DNA of 50,135 bases from Christensenellales bacterium (GTDB lineage: Bacteria; Bacillota; Clostridia; Christensenellales; CAG-138), in NCBI GenBank assembly GCA_045224495.1, contig JBGVAK010000071.1, positions 1 to 50,135 of the forward strand, in the 5' to 3' direction. Within the stretch, counting starts at the first letter, position 1; the number at the start of each line of letters is the position of its first letter. Both the position numbers and the translations under genes were made by a program. The notes beneath the pieces were generated by a model that made no database searches, was not told where the DNA came from, and saw nothing but the letters and a program-made list of their open reading frames with translations. Below, one piece after another: positions 25,361 to 34,103 of this stretch.

Positions 25361-26245
25361 TTATCGACCGATCAGGATGCCGGCCAGGTATTCGTAATAC
25401 TGGGCGATGGCGCTGTGGTCCTTCTGACCGCCCTCACGGTTGTGCATCCACTGAAGGACCTCCTGGACCTGGGCCGTCATGGGCACGGGCGCACCCACGG
25501 AATGGGCACAGTCGAGAGCGTTGTTCAGGTCCTTGATGTGCAGGTCGATCTTGAAGCCCGGCTTGTCGTTGCCCGCGATCATCATGGGGGCCTTGGCGTT
25601 CATGACCGTGGACCCGGCAAGGCCGCCCCGGATGGCCTCGAACACCAGCTGGGGGTCCACCCCCGCCTTCTGCGCCAGGGTCAGGGCCTCCGCCAGGGCC
25701 TGGATGTTGCAGGCCACGATGATTTGGTTGGCCAGCTTCGTGGTGTTGCCCGCGCCCACCTCGCCGCAGCGGACCACGGAAGCGCCCATGGCGGAGAGCA
25801 GGGGCTTATAGGCGTCGAAGACCTCCTGCTTGCCGCCCACCATGAAGGACAGCGTCCCGTCGATGGCCTTGGGATCACCGCCGGACACGGGGGCGTCCAG
25901 CATCTCCACGCCCACCTTCTGCAGCTCCGCCGCGATCTCCTGGCTGGCGATGGGGTTGATGGAGCTCATGTCGATGAACACCTGGCCGGGACGCATATAG
26001 GACGCGATGCCGTTCTCCCCCAGCATGACCGACTTCACATGGGGGGAGTTGGGCAGCATGGTCATGACCACGTCACAGGTCCTGCCGATCTCCTCGTTGG
26101 TGGCCGCCTTCGCGCCGCAGGCCACCAGCTCCGCCACGGGAGCCTGGTTATGGTCGTTCACCAGCAGATCCGTGTAGCCCTTTTTCAGCATGTTCTTGGC
26201 CATGGGCTTGCCCATGATGCCGAGACCGATCAAACCGATTTTCAT
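25361..26245 (-). CDS. 2-hydroxy-3-oxopropionate (tartronate semialdehyde) reductase-like NAD(P) oxidoreductase
   Basis: MKIGLIGLGIMGKPMAKN Rossmann segment, with DAPVSGG and GAGNTTKLANQ motifs of the beta-hydroxyacid dehydrogenase family. Confidence 0.85.
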   Translation of the reverse strand: MKIGLIGLGIMGKPMAKNMLKKGYTDLLVNDHNQAPVAELVACGAKAATNEEIGRTCDVVMTMLPNSPHVKSVMLGENGIASYMRPGQVFIDMSSINPIASQEIAAELQKVGVEMLDAPVSGGDPKAIDGTLSFMVGGKQEVFDAYKPLLSAMGASVVRCGEVGAGNTTKLANQIIVACNIQALAEALTLAQKAGVDPQLVFEAIRGGLAGSTVMNAKAPMMIAGNDKPGFKIDLHIKDLNNALDCAHSVGAPVPMTAQVQEVLQWMHNREGGQKDHSAIAQYYEYLAGILIGR

Positions 26246-26267
26246 ATCAAAATCTCCTTTTCAAGTA

Positions 26268-27191
26268 TTATTCCTTCACGCCGCCCCGGGCCATGCCCTT
26301 CTCCAGCCGCTTGATGAACAGGGGGAACATCAGCAGGATCGGGAGCGTCGCCAGGATGATGACGCAGTATTGGATGAGGTAACGGGTGTAGTCCGGGTTG
26401 GTCCAGTTGAGGAAGTCCTGATTGCTGGCCACCAGGTCCCGGATCCAGAGCTGCAGCGGCCACCGGGTCTTGTCCGTGGGCACATAGATGGAGGCGGAGA
26501 ACCAGGCGTTCCAGGCGATGATGGCCGTGTTCACCATGGTCACCAGACAGAAGCTGAAGCACTGGGGCAGCATGATCTGAAACATGACCCGAAGGTGGCC
26601 GGCGCCGTCCATGCGGGCGGCCTCCACCGTGGATTCGGGCACGGAGTCGAAGGCCTTGATCATCATGACCATGAAGGCGCCGTTGGTGCAGTGGGGCAGG
26701 ATCAGCGCCCAGCGGGTGCCCACCATGCCGAGCCTCCGCACCACCATGTATAGCGGGATGGTGCCGCCGGTGAACAGCATGGTGATGGCCACCATGGTCA
26801 TGAGAAGGGAGCGCCCCTTGACCTTCCGGCTCAGCACATACCCGCCCAGCACGTTCAGCACAAACCCAAAGGCGGTGCTGCCTGTTACATAGATGAGGGT
26901 ATTGCCGTAGGCCCGCAGGATGCTGCTGTCCCTGAGGGCCAGCTTATAGCCGCCCAGGGTGGCATTGCCCACGGGCAGGATCACCAGACCTTCCGTCCGA
27001 AACAGGGTCTGTCCGTTGGATATGGAGCTCATGAGGGTGTGCCACAGGGGCACGATGGCGCAGATGGCGACGAGGAGCAGGAACAGGCAGATCAGCACAT
27101 CCACTAAAATGCTCACCGGCGAGGAGCTTTCGATCATACCGGACTTCAAATTCTTGCGCTTGCGGAGCGCGGCTTTTTCAGCGTGCGTCAT
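26268..27191 (-). CDS. Carbohydrate ABC permease (LplC/YtcP-like)
   Basis: 307 aa. The segment AARMDGAGHLRVMFQIMLP belongs to the EAA loop region. Confidence 0.88.
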   Translation of the reverse strand: MTHAEKAALRKRKNLKSGMIESSSPVSILVDVLICLFLLLVAICAIVPLWHTLMSSISNGQTLFRTEGLVILPVGNATLGGYKLALRDSSILRAYGNTLIYVTGSTAFGFVLNVLGGYVLSRKVKGRSLLMTMVAITMLFTGGTIPLYMVVRRLGMVGTRWALILPHCTNGAFMVMMIKAFDSVPESTVEAARMDGAGHLRVMFQIMLPQCFSFCLVTMVNTAIIAWNAWFSASIYVPTDKTRWPLQLWIRDLVASNQDFLNWTNPDYTRYLIQYCVIILATLPILLMFPLFIKRLEKGMARGGVKE

Positions 27192-27204
27192 TGTCGTTTC
27201 CCCC

Positions 27205-28167
27205 TTAGATCATGGAGCTGCCGGTGAACTTCTTGCTGAGCTTGTTGGAGACCAACAGAAGCGTTGTGCCGATGACGGACTGGAACAGGCCCGAAGCGGT
27301 GGACAAACCGTAGTTGACCGTCTGACCGAAGGCCATGCGGTAGGTGTAAGTGTACAGGCAGTCGGAAACCTCGTAGGTGGCGGGCATGTAGAGCAGCAGC
27401 ACTTTGTCGAAGCCCTGGCGGAACACGAGACCGATACGCATGATGAACATGACGATGATGAGGGGCAGGATGCTGGGGAAGGTGACCCGCCACATGCGCT
27501 GCCAGCGGTTGGCGCCGTCGATGGCCGCCGCCTCATGGAGATCTCCGTTGACGTTGGAGATGGCGGCAAAGTAGATGATGGACCCCCACCCGGCCCCCTG
27601 CCAGATCTCGATGAAGGTGTTGATGAGCCAGAACACGGGGATATGGGGATTGGCCAGCCAGTTCTGCCGATCGAAGCCGAACCAGCTGAGCACCATGGTC
27701 AGCGCGCCGGTGCTTGACAAAAATTCGCTGGCCAGGGTGGTGACCACCACGGCGGAAACGAAGTAGGGCATATAGGAGATGACCTGCACCGTCCGGGAGA
27801 AGCGGCGGATGCGGACCTCTGAAAGGAGCATGGCGAGGATGACCGGCGCGGCGAAGCCAACCGTAAGGTTGAGCAGCGCCATGGCCGTGGTGTTCCGAAG
27901 CACCAGCAGGAACGTATCGCCCACGAACAGGTCCTTGAAGTTGTCGAACCAGATCCACTGGCTTCCAAAGATGCCTTTGGTGGGCTTGAAGCGCTCGAAG
28001 GCCATGGCGAGGCCGAACATGGGCGCATAGTGGAAGGTGATGAAGTAGATCGCCACGGGAATGAACAGCAAATAGATCTGCCAGTTCCGCCTGAGATCAT
28101 ACCGCCAGGTCCCTTCCTGCAGCCGAATGGGCTTCTTGGGGGAAGAGTGCTTTGTCAACGATTCCAT
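27205..28167 (-). CDS. Carbohydrate ABC permease (LplB/YteP-like)
   Basis: 320 aa. AAAIDGANRWQRMWRVTFP EAA loop, with an N-terminal pattern typical of LplB. Confidence 0.88.
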   Translation of the reverse strand: MESLTKHSSPKKPIRLQEGTWRYDLRRNWQIYLLFIPVAIYFITFHYAPMFGLAMAFERFKPTKGIFGSQWIWFDNFKDLFVGDTFLLVLRNTTAMALLNLTVGFAAPVILAMLLSEVRIRRFSRTVQVISYMPYFVSAVVVTTLASEFLSSTGALTMVLSWFGFDRQNWLANPHIPVFWLINTFIEIWQGAGWGSIIYFAAISNVNGDLHEAAAIDGANRWQRMWRVTFPSILPLIIVMFIMRIGLVFRQGFDKVLLLYMPATYEVSDCLYTYTYRMAFGQTVNYGLSTASGLFQSVIGTTLLLVSNKLSKKFTGSSMI

Positions 28168-28184
28168 CCTGCGTTTCCTCCGTT

Positions 28185-29642
28185 TTATGCTCCTAAATAC
28201 ACGCCGTCCTCTAAAAGCTGCGCTTTCAGGGCAGCGAAGGGGACTTGACGCGGCGGTACGTTTTGTTGGGCGGCCATGGCCGCCAGGGTGCCCGCCGCCT
28301 GGCCCTGGGCCATGCAGCTGACCGTGTTGCGGGTAGACATATAGGCGTAGTAGTCCGAAGAGATCATCATGCCCACGGCGAAGAGGTTGTCGATCCCCTT
28401 GACCAGGATGGCCCTAAGGGGGATGCCGTAGCTGCCGTCGCCGCCCACGTGCATCTTGGGGGCGCAGTCGTGGAAGCCGAAGAGGGCGATATCGTCCTCG
28501 TGATGGACGCCGTCTAAAATCTCGCTGTTGGGGATATCGTAATCGCAGACGATGGTGCGGCCGCGGCGGGTGCAGAGGGTGGGCGACGTGCGGGCAATGA
28601 AGGCGTGTTCGCAGCCGGGGATGTTTTTCTTCAGCAGCTCCAGGCTTTCCCGCTGACGGCGCCTGAGCTCGATTTCGGCCTTGGTCATCTCCGCCTGGCT
28701 GGTGACGCCCTGCTTCATCACGTAATTGACCTTCAGGTACATGAAGTAGTTGTCATGGAGGGTGGTGAAGCCCATGGTGAGGGCCAGCCGGGCCATCTCC
28801 TTCTGGACCTCCAGGGGGATATGGTTGTCTTCGTTCGTTTCCAGGTTCAGCAGATGGGGGTTGCTGCCGCCCTTCGTCCGTGCGTGCTGCTCCATGAGGG
28901 TGGACAGGACCTTGTGGAAGGGAACGCCCACGCGCAGTATCTGGTCCTCCTTCCCGTCCCGAAGCCCGTAGGTGATGCCGGAAACGCCGCCGTTCTCCTG
29001 CAGATACCGGGTGTATCTCTCCACGTCGATCCCGGCGACGCCTACGCTGTTGGCCACGGAGTATTCCTGGGGCAGGGTGTATTCGGCGTCTGCACAGGCG
29101 GAAAGGTCGCCCCAGCCCGTGGCGTCGATGAAGGCGCCGGCTTCAAAATACAGCCGCCCTTCCACCCGGCTTTGCACGATGACGCCCTTCACATGGCCGT
29201 TCTCCACGTCCGCCCCGGCGACGAGGGTGTTGAAATAGATGGTGACGCCGGCTTCCTGGAGCATCTCGGCGGCCACGATCTTGTACACTTCCACGTCGAT
29301 CAGGGTGCAGTGCTCGTCGTAATCGATACCCACCTCATCGACGAGATGACCGGAGCAGCCGCCGGCGGCCACCAGCCGGTCCACGATCTCCTGGGGGATG
29401 CCCTTCACGATCTGCCGGGATTCCCGATTGAAGAACTTGCCCAGGGTAAAGAAGCTGTGCATGGTGGTGCCGCCCTCCAGCAGGGTGCCACCCACATACC
29501 CTTTCTGCTCGATGAGCACTGTTTTTGCGCCGGTACGGGCGGCGGCGATGGCGGCCACCACGCCGGCGGTGCCGCCGCCTGCCACGACCACGTCGAAGCA
29601 GCGGACCGGAAGCTTTTGCGCTTGTTCGGTAAAGGTTTTCAT
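28185..29642 (-). CDS. FAD-dependent oxidoreductase (FAD_oxidored-type)
   Basis: N-terminal FDVVVAGGGTAGVVAAIAAARTGAKTVLIEQ dinucleotide fold. 485 aa. Confidence 0.85.
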   Translation of the reverse strand: MKTFTEQAQKLPVRCFDVVVAGGGTAGVVAAIAAARTGAKTVLIEQKGYVGGTLLEGGTTMHSFFTLGKFFNRESRQIVKGIPQEIVDRLVAAGGCSGHLVDEVGIDYDEHCTLIDVEVYKIVAAEMLQEAGVTIYFNTLVAGADVENGHVKGVIVQSRVEGRLYFEAGAFIDATGWGDLSACADAEYTLPQEYSVANSVGVAGIDVERYTRYLQENGGVSGITYGLRDGKEDQILRVGVPFHKVLSTLMEQHARTKGGSNPHLLNLETNEDNHIPLEVQKEMARLALTMGFTTLHDNYFMYLKVNYVMKQGVTSQAEMTKAEIELRRRQRESLELLKKNIPGCEHAFIARTSPTLCTRRGRTIVCDYDIPNSEILDGVHHEDDIALFGFHDCAPKMHVGGDGSYGIPLRAILVKGIDNLFAVGMMISSDYYAYMSTRNTVSCMAQGQAAGTLAAMAAQQNVPPRQVPFAALKAQLLEDGVYLGA

Positions 29643-29710
29643 TTTTCCCCCGTAAACAGTCTTTTTGCTGATCTCATCTTATCTTGATTGGGGCCGGCGG
29701 GGAATGAACA

Positions 29711-29738
29711 GATTTGCTTTCCTGTAAACTGATTCGCT
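29711..29738. promoter_or_regulatory. Tandem GATTYGC half-sites, 20-nt period (shared operator-like motif, copy 1)
   Basis: GATTTGCTTTCCTGTAAACT followed by GATTCGCT. Lies 69 nt upstream of the FAD-oxidoreductase start. Confidence 0.4.
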
Positions 29739-30810
29739 ATCCTTCGGAAAAAGACGACAGCAGCCGGCTCGTCAGGCCGGACAGGACCTTCTCCGCTTTT
29801 TCCCTTCCCTGGGGAGCCAGGGCCAGCAGATACCGTTCCTCCCGCGGCACGGCCACCCAGTCGATGAGGGCGTGGAACCGGGCGGAATACTCCTCGTCCT
29901 GCGGATCGTACAGGACCACGGCCACGGGCTTTCCGTCCGCGTTGAACACGAAGCGAAGAGTAGCGCTATCGGGCATGGTTTCCGTCGGCAGCGCGGGCAC
30001 GTCGCCGTCGAACACAGCGGAAAACACGCCCTCGGGCAGCAGGAGACATTCCGCGTCCAGGGCCCCGTAGGTGGCAAAATACTGATAGACTGTTTCGTTG
30101 TCCAGGGTGTTCGTGTAGCTGAAGGCCAGCCGAGGCAGTTCATTCTCCTCGAACCAGGCGATGATGTCCCGTTCGCTCTCCTGCCGATAGGCAGGCGTGC
30201 ACACAGCCACGGCTACCGTCGGCGTCCGGTGCGCCCGTTCGTAGAGGGCATAGCCGCCGCCCAAGCCCACCGCACACAGCAGGATCACCCCGCCCAGCAC
30301 CAGGGGGGAGACGGCATAGCAGCCGCCCTGGGGCTGCACCCGGCAGCATGAGCAGGGGTACAGGCTCAATGCGACGCCCTCCCGGGCCATGATCCGGACC
30401 GTTTCTCCCATCGGGATCTTGGGCAACAGAACGGCGGGGACGTTCACTTCCCTGGGGGCCGGTTCTCCCCGGACCGTTTCTCCCGTATCCAGGATGAGGA
30501 TCCGCGTCATGACGCCGCGCAGGGTATTCTTTTCCTCTTTCCATCCGAGAACGACGCCCTCTATGGTTTCGGAAGGCTCCGTGAGAAGGCGGGCATAGAG
30601 GCGTCGGGTCAACAGCAGCGGCAACGCGACGCGCTGACCATACACATACAGGGCGCACAGCAGGGCAGCGGACCCGAGACCGGCCCAGATCACGCCTGCT
30701 CGGCACAGCCATGGGGCGACGACCGCCCCGATCGCCGCCAGCAGCACCGGAACGGCCACGAGATACAGACAGATCTGCTTCCTGTCGATCTGTTCGTACA
30801 GGTCCATCAT
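29737..30810 (-). CDS. Hypothetical membrane protein (357 aa)
   Basis: GC3-rich ORF with two N-terminal TM segments, a central TM and a soluble C-terminal domain. No family recognised. Confidence 0.75.
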   Translation of the reverse strand: MMDLYEQIDRKQICLYLVAVPVLLAAIGAVVAPWLCRAGVIWAGLGSAALLCALYVYGQRVALPLLLTRRLYARLLTEPSETIEGVVLGWKEEKNTLRGVMTRILILDTGETVRGEPAPREVNVPAVLLPKIPMGETVRIMAREGVALSLYPCSCCRVQPQGGCYAVSPLVLGGVILLCAVGLGGGYALYERAHRTPTVAVAVCTPAYRQESERDIIAWFEENELPRLAFSYTNTLDNETVYQYFATYGALDAECLLLPEGVFSAVFDGDVPALPTETMPDSATLRFVFNADGKPVAVVLYDPQDEEYSARFHALIDWVAVPREERYLLALAPQGREKAEKVLSGLTSRLLSSFSEG

Positions 30811-31373
30811 ACGTCCTTACGGCGGAGCGCCTTTTTGAAGGCCTCCTCCAGCCGTTCCTCCGGTTCCAGCAACAGGGCTCTAGGGCCGCGAACGCAGCCG
30901 ACCACGAGATCATCCACATACGCCAGCGCGAGGGCGGGGCTGTCGCTGTTGCAGCAGGCGAACAGGGCCTTTTTGAGCAACAGGAGCTCCTCGTCCGTGA
31001 GTTCGCTGTATCTTTTGTACCAGCGCACATCCTTCAGAGAGAAATGGCAGAAGAGCTTTCGCCGGTTGTGGGCGACTCGGTACACGGCGAAGCTTTCGCC
31101 GGAAAGTTCGTAATCAAACTCCGCGCCGATGCGGCCGATCATGACCTCCAGAATGCCGATGAGAGCCAAAATGGGCGTCCCCAACAGCAACAGCTGCAGC
31201 GTTCCCGCCCAGAAGGCGCTCCTGTCGCTCTCCCACAAAGCGGAAAGCAGCGTGAACCCCAGCACATAGCCCAACACCAGCGCCGCACCCAGCAGTATCT
31301 GCCCGATCCGGTAGATGCGTTTGCGCCGCTGCTCCGGCCCGTTGTTCAGCTTTGAAACGGTCTGCTCGATCAT
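30807..31373 (-). CDS. Hypothetical membrane protein (188 aa)
   Basis: Two TM segments followed by a soluble domain. Has a 4-nt overlap with the downstream gene. No family recognised. Confidence 0.75.
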   Translation of the reverse strand: MIEQTVSKLNNGPEQRRKRIYRIGQILLGAALVLGYVLGFTLLSALWESDRSAFWAGTLQLLLLGTPILALIGILEVMIGRIGAEFDYELSGESFAVYRVAHNRRKLFCHFSLKDVRWYKRYSELTDEELLLLKKALFACCNSDSPALALAYVDDLVVGCVRGPRALLLEPEERLEEAFKKALRRKDV

Positions 31374-31382
31374 GGGACGGCC

Positions 31383-32624
31383 TCACATCTTCAGCTCGAT
31401 GGCCCGGTAGTTGGAGGGCCACATACCTGTGACAGACTCGAATACCTCGGAAAAATAGCTGCGGGAGCAGTAATTGAGCTTGTCGCTCACGTCCTGGATC
31501 GTCAGCGTGGGATCGGCCAGCAGGACCTTGGCCTCCTCCACCTTGCGTTCGTTGATATAGTCCCAGATGCTCATGCCCATCTCCTGCTTGAATTTGCGGG
31601 AGAGATAATACTTGGTGTAGCCGATCATCTTGCCCAGCTGCTCCAGCTCGATGGTATCATAGATGTGCATGTCGATATAATCGCAGCACACCTGGATGGG
31701 CTTGGAGATGTCCGCCCGCTTCTTCAGCTTGTGGACCCGGTTGATGAAGTCCGCATACATGGTATCCAGAATGTGCTTGCGTTCCGCGGTGCTCTTGACG
31801 CTGGCGATCTGGGTCTCATAGTAATCCCCCACGGAGTAGGCGATGACCGGGGACAGCCCGCCGCGGATCGCCGCAGCCACTGACAGCGTGATGAACTTGA
31901 TGGCGTAGGTATAGGCCTTCTCGTTTGGATTCCCAAAGTTCTTTGCGCCGTAGGACGCCTTGCTGACGGCGTGGTTCAATGCGCCGGCGTAGTTCAGATC
32001 CCCCCGCTCGATCTTGCCGAACAGCTCCTGCTGGGTCTGATAGACGCCGGCATGATCGCTGGAGTGTTCGTTTGAGGATTCGTCGGGGACCAGCGAGTTC
32101 TTTTTCTGGGGTTTCTTTTCCTTGGCGGTGGTATACCGGAAAGCTTCGATGCCGATCTTTTCCTCATTGACCGCAAAGTGCAGCATCTGCACATAGGGCC
32201 AAAAGCGCGTGGCGCTCAGCACCGGCTGCCCCGCCAGCATGTTGAGGGCCCGGCGGCGGAAGCGGGAGGACATATAGTGGCGGTCCAGCTCCTTCTCGAT
32301 GCTGTCCACGGTGATATCGCTTTGATACAGTGGGCCGAGGATATGCAGGCGATACAGGGCGGCGTCGGTATACTCGAACACGAAGGCCGAGCACAGGTCG
32401 ATGTCGTTATAGGAGATCACGGGCGTGCGCATGGCTTCGCCCAGGGCTTTGACCTTGGCGAACGTGGTTTCGTCGCCGAACACCAGCCGCACGAAGGTCT
32501 TCTCATCCTGATAGGGGCTGGTGGACCGAAGGAGCTTCCGATCCATGTCGAAGCACCAGTACCCGATGTTCTGGCTGCAGCTCATCAGCTCCAGAAAGTA
32601 GTCGACCCGCTCCGAAATATCCAT
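31383..32624 (-). CDS. AraC-family transcriptional regulator
   Basis: C-terminal double HTH (LEQLGKMIGYTKYYLSRKFKQEMGMSIWDYINERKVEEAKVLL...CSRSYFSEVFESVTG). Trimmed to ATG 32624 after GAGGAGG. Confidence 0.88.
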   Translation of the reverse strand: MDISERVDYFLELMSCSQNIGYWCFDMDRKLLRSTSPYQDEKTFVRLVFGDETTFAKVKALGEAMRTPVISYNDIDLCSAFVFEYTDAALYRLHILGPLYQSDITVDSIEKELDRHYMSSRFRRRALNMLAGQPVLSATRFWPYVQMLHFAVNEEKIGIEAFRYTTAKEKKPQKKNSLVPDESSNEHSSDHAGVYQTQQELFGKIERGDLNYAGALNHAVSKASYGAKNFGNPNEKAYTYAIKFITLSVAAAIRGGLSPVIAYSVGDYYETQIASVKSTAERKHILDTMYADFINRVHKLKKRADISKPIQVCCDYIDMHIYDTIELEQLGKMIGYTKYYLSRKFKQEMGMSIWDYINERKVEEAKVLLADPTLTIQDVSDKLNYCSRSYFSEVFESVTGMWPSNYRAIELKM

Positions 32625-32676
32625 GTTGGCCTCCTCGCTGTCCTTTGAGATACACTCATTATACATTGCGTTCTGT

Positions 32677-32722
32677 GATTTGCGAATATGCTATTTGGTT
32701 ATTACGTCAGCTGATTTGCTTT
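32677..32722. promoter_or_regulatory. GATTTGC motif copies upstream of the AraC gene (shared operator-like motif, copy 2)
   Basis: GATTTGCGAA at 32677 and GATTTGCTTTT at 32713. The first lies 53 nt upstream of the AraC start. Confidence 0.35.
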
Positions 32723-32775
32723 TATCCGGAAATAAAAGACCAGCCGATCCGGAAAACGCGGTTTTTTTAGCGACT

Positions 32776-32803
32776 TTCGCAAAGCAGTATACGCGTTCGC
32801 AAA
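32776..32803 (+). promoter_or_regulatory. Direct repeats of TTCGCAAA (20-nt period) upstream of the dehydrogenase gene
   Basis: Copies at 32776-32783 and 32796-32803, with an inverted copy TTTGCGAA at 32679-32686. A candidate -35/-10 pair (TGTCAA, 17 nt, CATAAT) lies just downstream. Confidence 0.35.
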
Positions 32804-32888
32804 AGGGGATGCTGTCAAAAAGGGGGCAGCCGTGCCATAATAGATCATGGTATTTCGTGGAAGACACGGGAGAAAGGAGTATCGCCCC

Positions 32889-33995
32889 ATGCCGAAGATC
32901 CGCAAGGTCGTGACCACCGTTTGGTACAACAAAAAGAACATGTATGCTCTGCGCCGGGTGTTCCCGGAGGCCCAGTTCGTCTACGTTCCCTTCTATGACA
33001 AGGACGCCCTTGAACGGGAAGCCCGGGACGCGGACGTGGCCATCCTGATGGGCGACGTGGACCCCGTTTTGCTGGGTGAGAACACGCTGAAGTGGATCTT
33101 CTGCGACCACGCCGGCCTGAACGGCTCCGCGAGGCCGGAGGTATTCGCCCGCGGCATCCCCGTCACGGGCGCCGCCGGACGCAGCGCCCCGGTGCTGGCC
33201 GAGCATTGCATCTACTTCATGCTGCAGGGCTGCTATCACACCCGGGAGCTCCTGGCCGCCCAGGAAAAGGGCCAGTGGGGCGTGGACGGGATGCAGACCT
33301 GGCGGGGCCTGTACGGCAGGACCGTGGGCATCGTGGGGCTGGGCAACAACGGCAGGCACCTGGCCGACCGGCTCAAAGCCTTCGGGATGCACATCATCTC
33401 CTACAACCTCGCTCCGGTTAAGGGCTACGATTTCATCGACCGGCAGCTGACCATCGAAGGCGGCGATACCATCGAGCCCCTGCTGCGGGAATCCGATTTC
33501 ATCGTCCTCACCATCGCGCTCACCGATCAGACCTTCCACATGCTGAACAAGGAGACCTTCAAGCAGGTCAAGAAGGGCGCGTTCCTGGTGAACATGGCCC
33601 GGGGCGGCGTAGTCTGTACGGAGGACATGATCGAAGCGCTGAAGGACGGCACCCTGTCCGGTGCGGGATTGGACGTGTTCGAGGAGCAACCCCTGTCCCC
33701 CGATTCACCCCTGTGGACCATGCCCAACGTGTACATCACCCCCCACTCCACCCCCCAGGTCCCGGACCGGGCGGCGGCCAGCATCGAGATCATCCGGGAG
33801 AACGCCAGGCGTTTCGAAGCCGGCGAACCGCTGCTGAATCTGCTGCGCCCCTCCGACGCGATGGACAACAACAAAGCCGAGGGCGGCTGGGCCAAGATGC
33901 TGCACGCGAAGCTGACAAAGGAACAGATCGCCCAGATCGACTTTGACAAGTATTTCGGCAAACGGGACTGGACGGACCCCTCCGAATGGATGTAG
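32889..33995 (+). CDS. D-isomer-specific 2-hydroxyacid dehydrogenase family protein
   Basis: Trimmed to ATG 32889 after AAAGGAG. Motifs GIVGLGNNGRHLA, NMARGGVV and TPHS, plus a C-terminal extension of about 45 aa. Confidence 0.85.
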   Translation: MPKIRKVVTTVWYNKKNMYALRRVFPEAQFVYVPFYDKDALEREARDADVAILMGDVDPVLLGENTLKWIFCDHAGLNGSARPEVFARGIPVTGAAGRSAPVLAEHCIYFMLQGCYHTRELLAAQEKGQWGVDGMQTWRGLYGRTVGIVGLGNNGRHLADRLKAFGMHIISYNLAPVKGYDFIDRQLTIEGGDTIEPLLRESDFIVLTIALTDQTFHMLNKETFKQVKKGAFLVNMARGGVVCTEDMIEALKDGTLSGAGLDVFEEQPLSPDSPLWTMPNVYITPHSTPQVPDRAAASIEIIRENARRFEAGEPLLNLLRPSDAMDNNKAEGGWAKMLHAKLTKEQIAQIDFDKYFGKRDWTDPSEWM

Positions 33996-34016
33996 AATAA
34001 TAGCATCGAACAAGCG

Positions 34017-34045
34017 CAGCCGAGCCTTCGGGCTCGGTTGTTTTT
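34017..34045 (+). terminator. Intrinsic terminator
   Basis: CAGCCGAGCC-ttcg-GGCTCGGTTG followed by TTTTT. Confidence 0.7.
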
Positions 34046-34051
34046 GATGAA

Positions 34052-34090
34052 TAAGCAAATAAACAGCGGCGTCGCGTTTCGACGCCGCCA
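34052..34090 (-). terminator. Intrinsic terminator after the SBP gene
   Basis: Minus strand has GGCGGCGTCG-aaacg-CGACGCCGC followed by TGTTTATTTGCTTATT. Confidence 0.55.
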
Positions 34091-34103
34091 TATGGGTTTG
34101 ACC

